Shown one piece after another: positions 17,101-18,457 of a stretch of DNA of 18,457 nucleotides. Position numbers and translations under genes: made by a program. This DNA is from Candidatus Kapaibacterium sp. (GTDB lineage Bacteria > Bacteroidota > Ignavibacteria > Kapaibacteriales > UBA4661). The stretch is taken from positions 1-18,457 of the forward strand of contig JANYIG010000256.1 of assembly GCA_025358765.1 (NCBI GenBank), written 5' to 3'. Positions within the stretch are counted from its first letter, which is position 1. The number at the start of each line of letters is the position of its first letter. The notes under the pieces are model-generated. The model saw only the letters and a program-made list of their open reading frames with translations. It was not told where the DNA came from and did not search any database.

Positions 17101-18457
17101 GTTGACGGCACGGCAAATACTGACCCGTGTGTTATTCAAGGGACACTCGCTCCGGCATCAGGGCTGATTTATCGCTGGCGACCACAAGACGCATCGGCAA
17201 CGAACGTGGCTACGTCGTTCCAGCGCAGCATACCGCTTGCAGGTGTTTTTCGGACGGGTGGCTTTTTGTCAACAGCCGTCACGGGGCTGAATTTCGGAAC
17301 CGTGTCGAGTACAACGTCGTCAATACTTCCAGTTCTCGTTACGAATTCCGGGACGGCTCCCGTTACGGTGAAGGCACTCACGATTGTCACATCGCCGACG
17401 CTGAGTGCAACCGAATACCAGCTTGCCGATCCGCTTTCAACGCCGCTCCCGTTCACGATTCAGCCGGGTGGCACGGCAACGTTCCGTGTGAAATTTACAC
17501 CTTCAACAGAGGCTTCGCGTCAAACAACAGGGCGTGGTCTGGCGGATGGGACATATACTATCGCCTCACGTCCGGCAGCATTGCAGATTGAAAGTGACGC
17601 GCCGACGCTCAGTATTCCCCTCAATGGCGTTGGAACGAATCCTGCACCCGCAACCCCAGCACGGGCATTGAATATCGGATTCACTGGCAGTGCGGATTTT
17701 AATCCCGCAACACCGATTTATAGCCGTTTCGACCGCATCCCACAAAATAGCTCGGGGCAAATCAATCACGTAGTCATTGGATCGGAACGTTTTGCTACGG
17801 ACATCGAACTCCGCAGCCGTGGCACACAAGCATTGACAATAACAGGTGCGACGATTGTTGGCACAGGCGCTTCAGAGTTTACCATTCAGGAGCCGAAATT
17901 TCCTGTCACGATTGACGTTGGGCGGTCTGTACTAATGAAAATCCGCTTTGCGCCTCGTGTTGCAGGCGAAAAACTCGTATATGTCACGTTCACCGGCGAC
18001 CTCCAGAAGCAACAAATCTTGGGTTTTGGAAGCAACGCCGCGCTGCCTCGCTTTATCGCTGTAACACCTCCAAACGATGGCAGCACGACGATTCCGGCTC
18101 CAGAAGCAGTGTTGGACATCTTCCCAGTTCCTGTACCCTCGGCAATCGTTGGAACATCGGAGCGCTTTACTATTCGCTTGCAGCACAGTACAAGTGCCAC
18201 GGCAGATGCTACGATTCGCGGCGTGACGTTTAGCGGTGCTGCTCAGGCGGAGTTTGTGGTTGACACAAAAAGCTCTCTGGCAGTTAAATTTCCGCTTACT
18301 CTCACTCCTGGGCAATCGCGGGTAATTCCCATTTTGTTCACACCGCAATCTGTTGGCGAGCGCAAAGCAGTGCTGACACTTTTGCCAGACGGCGACCCAA
18401 GCACTGAAAGCGTGAGCCTAACAGGTACAGGGACAAAAAATCAAGATATTGCTCTGG
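14047..18457 (+). CDS. Secreted multidomain subtilisin-like serine peptidase (MEROPS S8), 3'-partial and continuing beyond the window
   Basis: Frame (14047 mod 3) is open with no stop for 4411 nt to the window end. The N-terminus has an RR n-region, a hydrophobic core and SNA|QS. The catalytic triad sits in the canonical S8 order: Asp in AIVDSGVD (14791-14793), His in HGTHVAG (15055-15057), Ser in GTSMSSP (15565-15567), with the NNSWGG oxyanion Asn. A Bacteroidota-type Ca-loop is present: NGIDDDGNGKIDDWHGWDF. The gene is absent from the supplied ORF track because no stop occurs in the window. Confidence 0.85.
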   Translation, partial: MRNVPTLAVRRGFRTALYAMLPTTLFFSLFCSLLLLSNVSSNAQSISSSTSSSPKLGRAQFIAANPRPSQDSYFITVPGKRQPDGTYSLGSVTEVKRPAKGTYVKGSVILKTKQLYPVDTKSSKNVASLQSSVLMTTLDGFTVKNIRPVFPDLNAGKRLSGIASDNNGMGNVYEVRYDAPTDPFDVCRELSMNPEVEYAEPCYIYKQQAVPGAPNDSLYAKQYAWQRVQAEAAWDMVKGETTVLIAIVDSGVDWEHEDLAANIWTNPGESGLDKNGKDKRFNGIDDDGNGKIDDWHGWDFIGAPDDADPYFREDNDPKPRFDEHNADLFDTQTHGTHVAGIAGAVANNGKGGAGASFNNCKILPLKAGSDKDDQGSIFSSGAYAAILYAAQMGAKVVNNSWGGSGGGSQFQQDVINTATAMGLLVVSSAGNGDANNNNDLMDFVYYPASYDNVLSVAASDVNDVAVSKLNDNYFGTTLGIKTTVFAPGSNILSTFIGNRYGIFSGTSMSSPLVTGIAGLVRKVHPEWTPRQVLQQIRSTSDNVLRLGAFQNATNTNSDRPTQQYGRINAFRAVTVNSTLNSGDNVVPGISFTRAFTTAQDGIVNAYQPLRLILAVQNFLSNASDVSVTLTPITASNAVALQPTASIGTLNTLQEKPAVFDIQLQPGAARTGNVDFMVTYRSGSGATAYVNYERIRVPYNISASRTQQLITSALVDFGSTSPSSPVTSTVSFRNIGAQSITVSTATVTGTNAGDFSFVSPFSPITVAANGTASATLRFTPSSTASTTARAATLDITALSSTAATIGGIAVASGYGFESVRGTYSEITGGVVLGKGIVVDDEEYALEFGFPFLFAGTTYTKLTINSNGFVAFAPSGTTVGQQQNIQAPLSDVFSAGGMVSAFSSDLQLSASGEIQAKSEGTTPNRVFTVQWKNCTFFDETLGAQGGPSPNGNLNFQIRIYEGSNNIEFRYGTMTYGASARVRTDEFIGPGVGQVGLRSSSTNDFLNRRVTPLDRNTWDGSVDGTANTDPCVIQGTLAPASGLIYRWRPQDASATNVATSFQRSIPLAGVFRTGGFLSTAVTGLNFGTVSSTTSSILPVLVTNSGTAPVTVKALTIVTSPTLSATEYQLADPLSTPLPFTIQPGGTATFRVKFTPSTEASRQTTGRGLADGTYTIASRPAALQIESDAPTLSIPLNGVGTNPAPATPARALNIGFTGSADFNPATPIYSRFDRIPQNSSGQINHVVIGSERFATDIELRSRGTQALTITGATIVGTGASEFTIQEPKFPVTIDVGRSVLMKIRFAPRVAGEKLVYVTFTGDLQKQQILGFGSNAALPRFIAVTPPNDGSTTIPAPEAVLDIFPVPVPSAIVGTSERFTIRLQHSTSATADATIRGVTFSGAAQAEFVVDTKSSLAVKFPLTLTPGQSRVIPILFTPQSVGERKAVLTLLPDGDPSTESVSLTGTGTKNQDIAL
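16180..16478 (+). other. Ig-like beta-sandwich domain (ASH / choice-of-anchor-D-like), copy 1, within the S8 peptidase
   Basis: LVDFGSTSPSSPVTSTVSFRNIGAQSITVSTATVTG...FSFVSPFSPITVAANGTASATLRFTPSS...AATLDITALSS. The F-G-V-G-S...N-G...L-I...PG-S..V-F-P...G...A-L-I pattern is shared with the copies at 17240-18440. Confidence 0.45.
16479..17185 (+). other. NIDO-like (nidogen N-terminal-like) domain candidate within the S8 peptidase
   Basis: EEYALEFGFPFLFAGTTYTKLTINSNGFVAF...IQAPLSDVFSAGG...NLNFQIRIYEGSNNIEFRYG resembles the NIDO consensus (LPFxFPFYGxxYxxLYVNNNGxISF ... IAPFWADVD ... TFQAVLxTDGxxSFAIFxY). Recalled from memory, not searched. Confidence 0.35.
17240..18440 (+). other. Three further tandem Ig-like (ASH / choice-of-anchor-D-like) domains at the C-terminal end of the visible S8 peptidase
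   Basis: Approximate spans 17240-17640, 17650-18035 and 18040-18440. Each has the form ...FG.V..G.S...L.V.N.G.A.V.V.A.TIV...EF.........P..I.PG.S..I.V.F.P...G.R.A.L.L... ending in a G-x-G motif. Confidence 0.45.

Noticed and set aside
1-18457. CRISPR arrays, IS elements / transposases, integrases, rRNA and tRNA genes.
   Set aside because: No regularly spaced repeat-spacer series is present. No transposase- or integrase-like ORF, terminal inverted repeat pair, or rRNA/tRNA signature was found in any intergenic region on either strand.

Overview
The window appears to be a bacterial chromosomal segment. GC looks roughly 50%, and most genes lack a Shine-Dalgarno sequence, which suggests an FCB-group-like organism; this is uncertain. 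From 5' to 3' it contains: (i) the 3' part of a gene encoding tandem OmpA-like domains (+). (ii) A hisC-family aminotransferase and a Kv-beta-like aldo/keto reductase (+), closed by a strong bidirectional terminator. (iii) A long minus-strand gene string: nuoG, a DUF2628 membrane protein, flotillin, nuoH, nuoI, tatA, tatB, gatA, then after a 320-bp leader a fadD-like acyl-CoA synthetase. (iv) A 450-bp divergent promoter region. (v) A gene of at least 4.4 kb on the + strand encoding a secreted S8 subtilase, which runs off the 3' end of the window. Its C-terminal half carries a NIDO-like domain and at least four Ig-like (ASH / choice-of-anchor-D-like) repeats. The supplied ORF track misses this gene because it has no stop in the window, and instead lists antisense ORFs inside it. 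The most unusual observation is a flotillin + DUF2628 membrane-scaffold module embedded between nuoG and nuoH in an otherwise fragmentary Complex I cluster. I also describe several short intergenic repeat architectures. No rRNA, tRNA, CRISPR array or mobile element was recognised.
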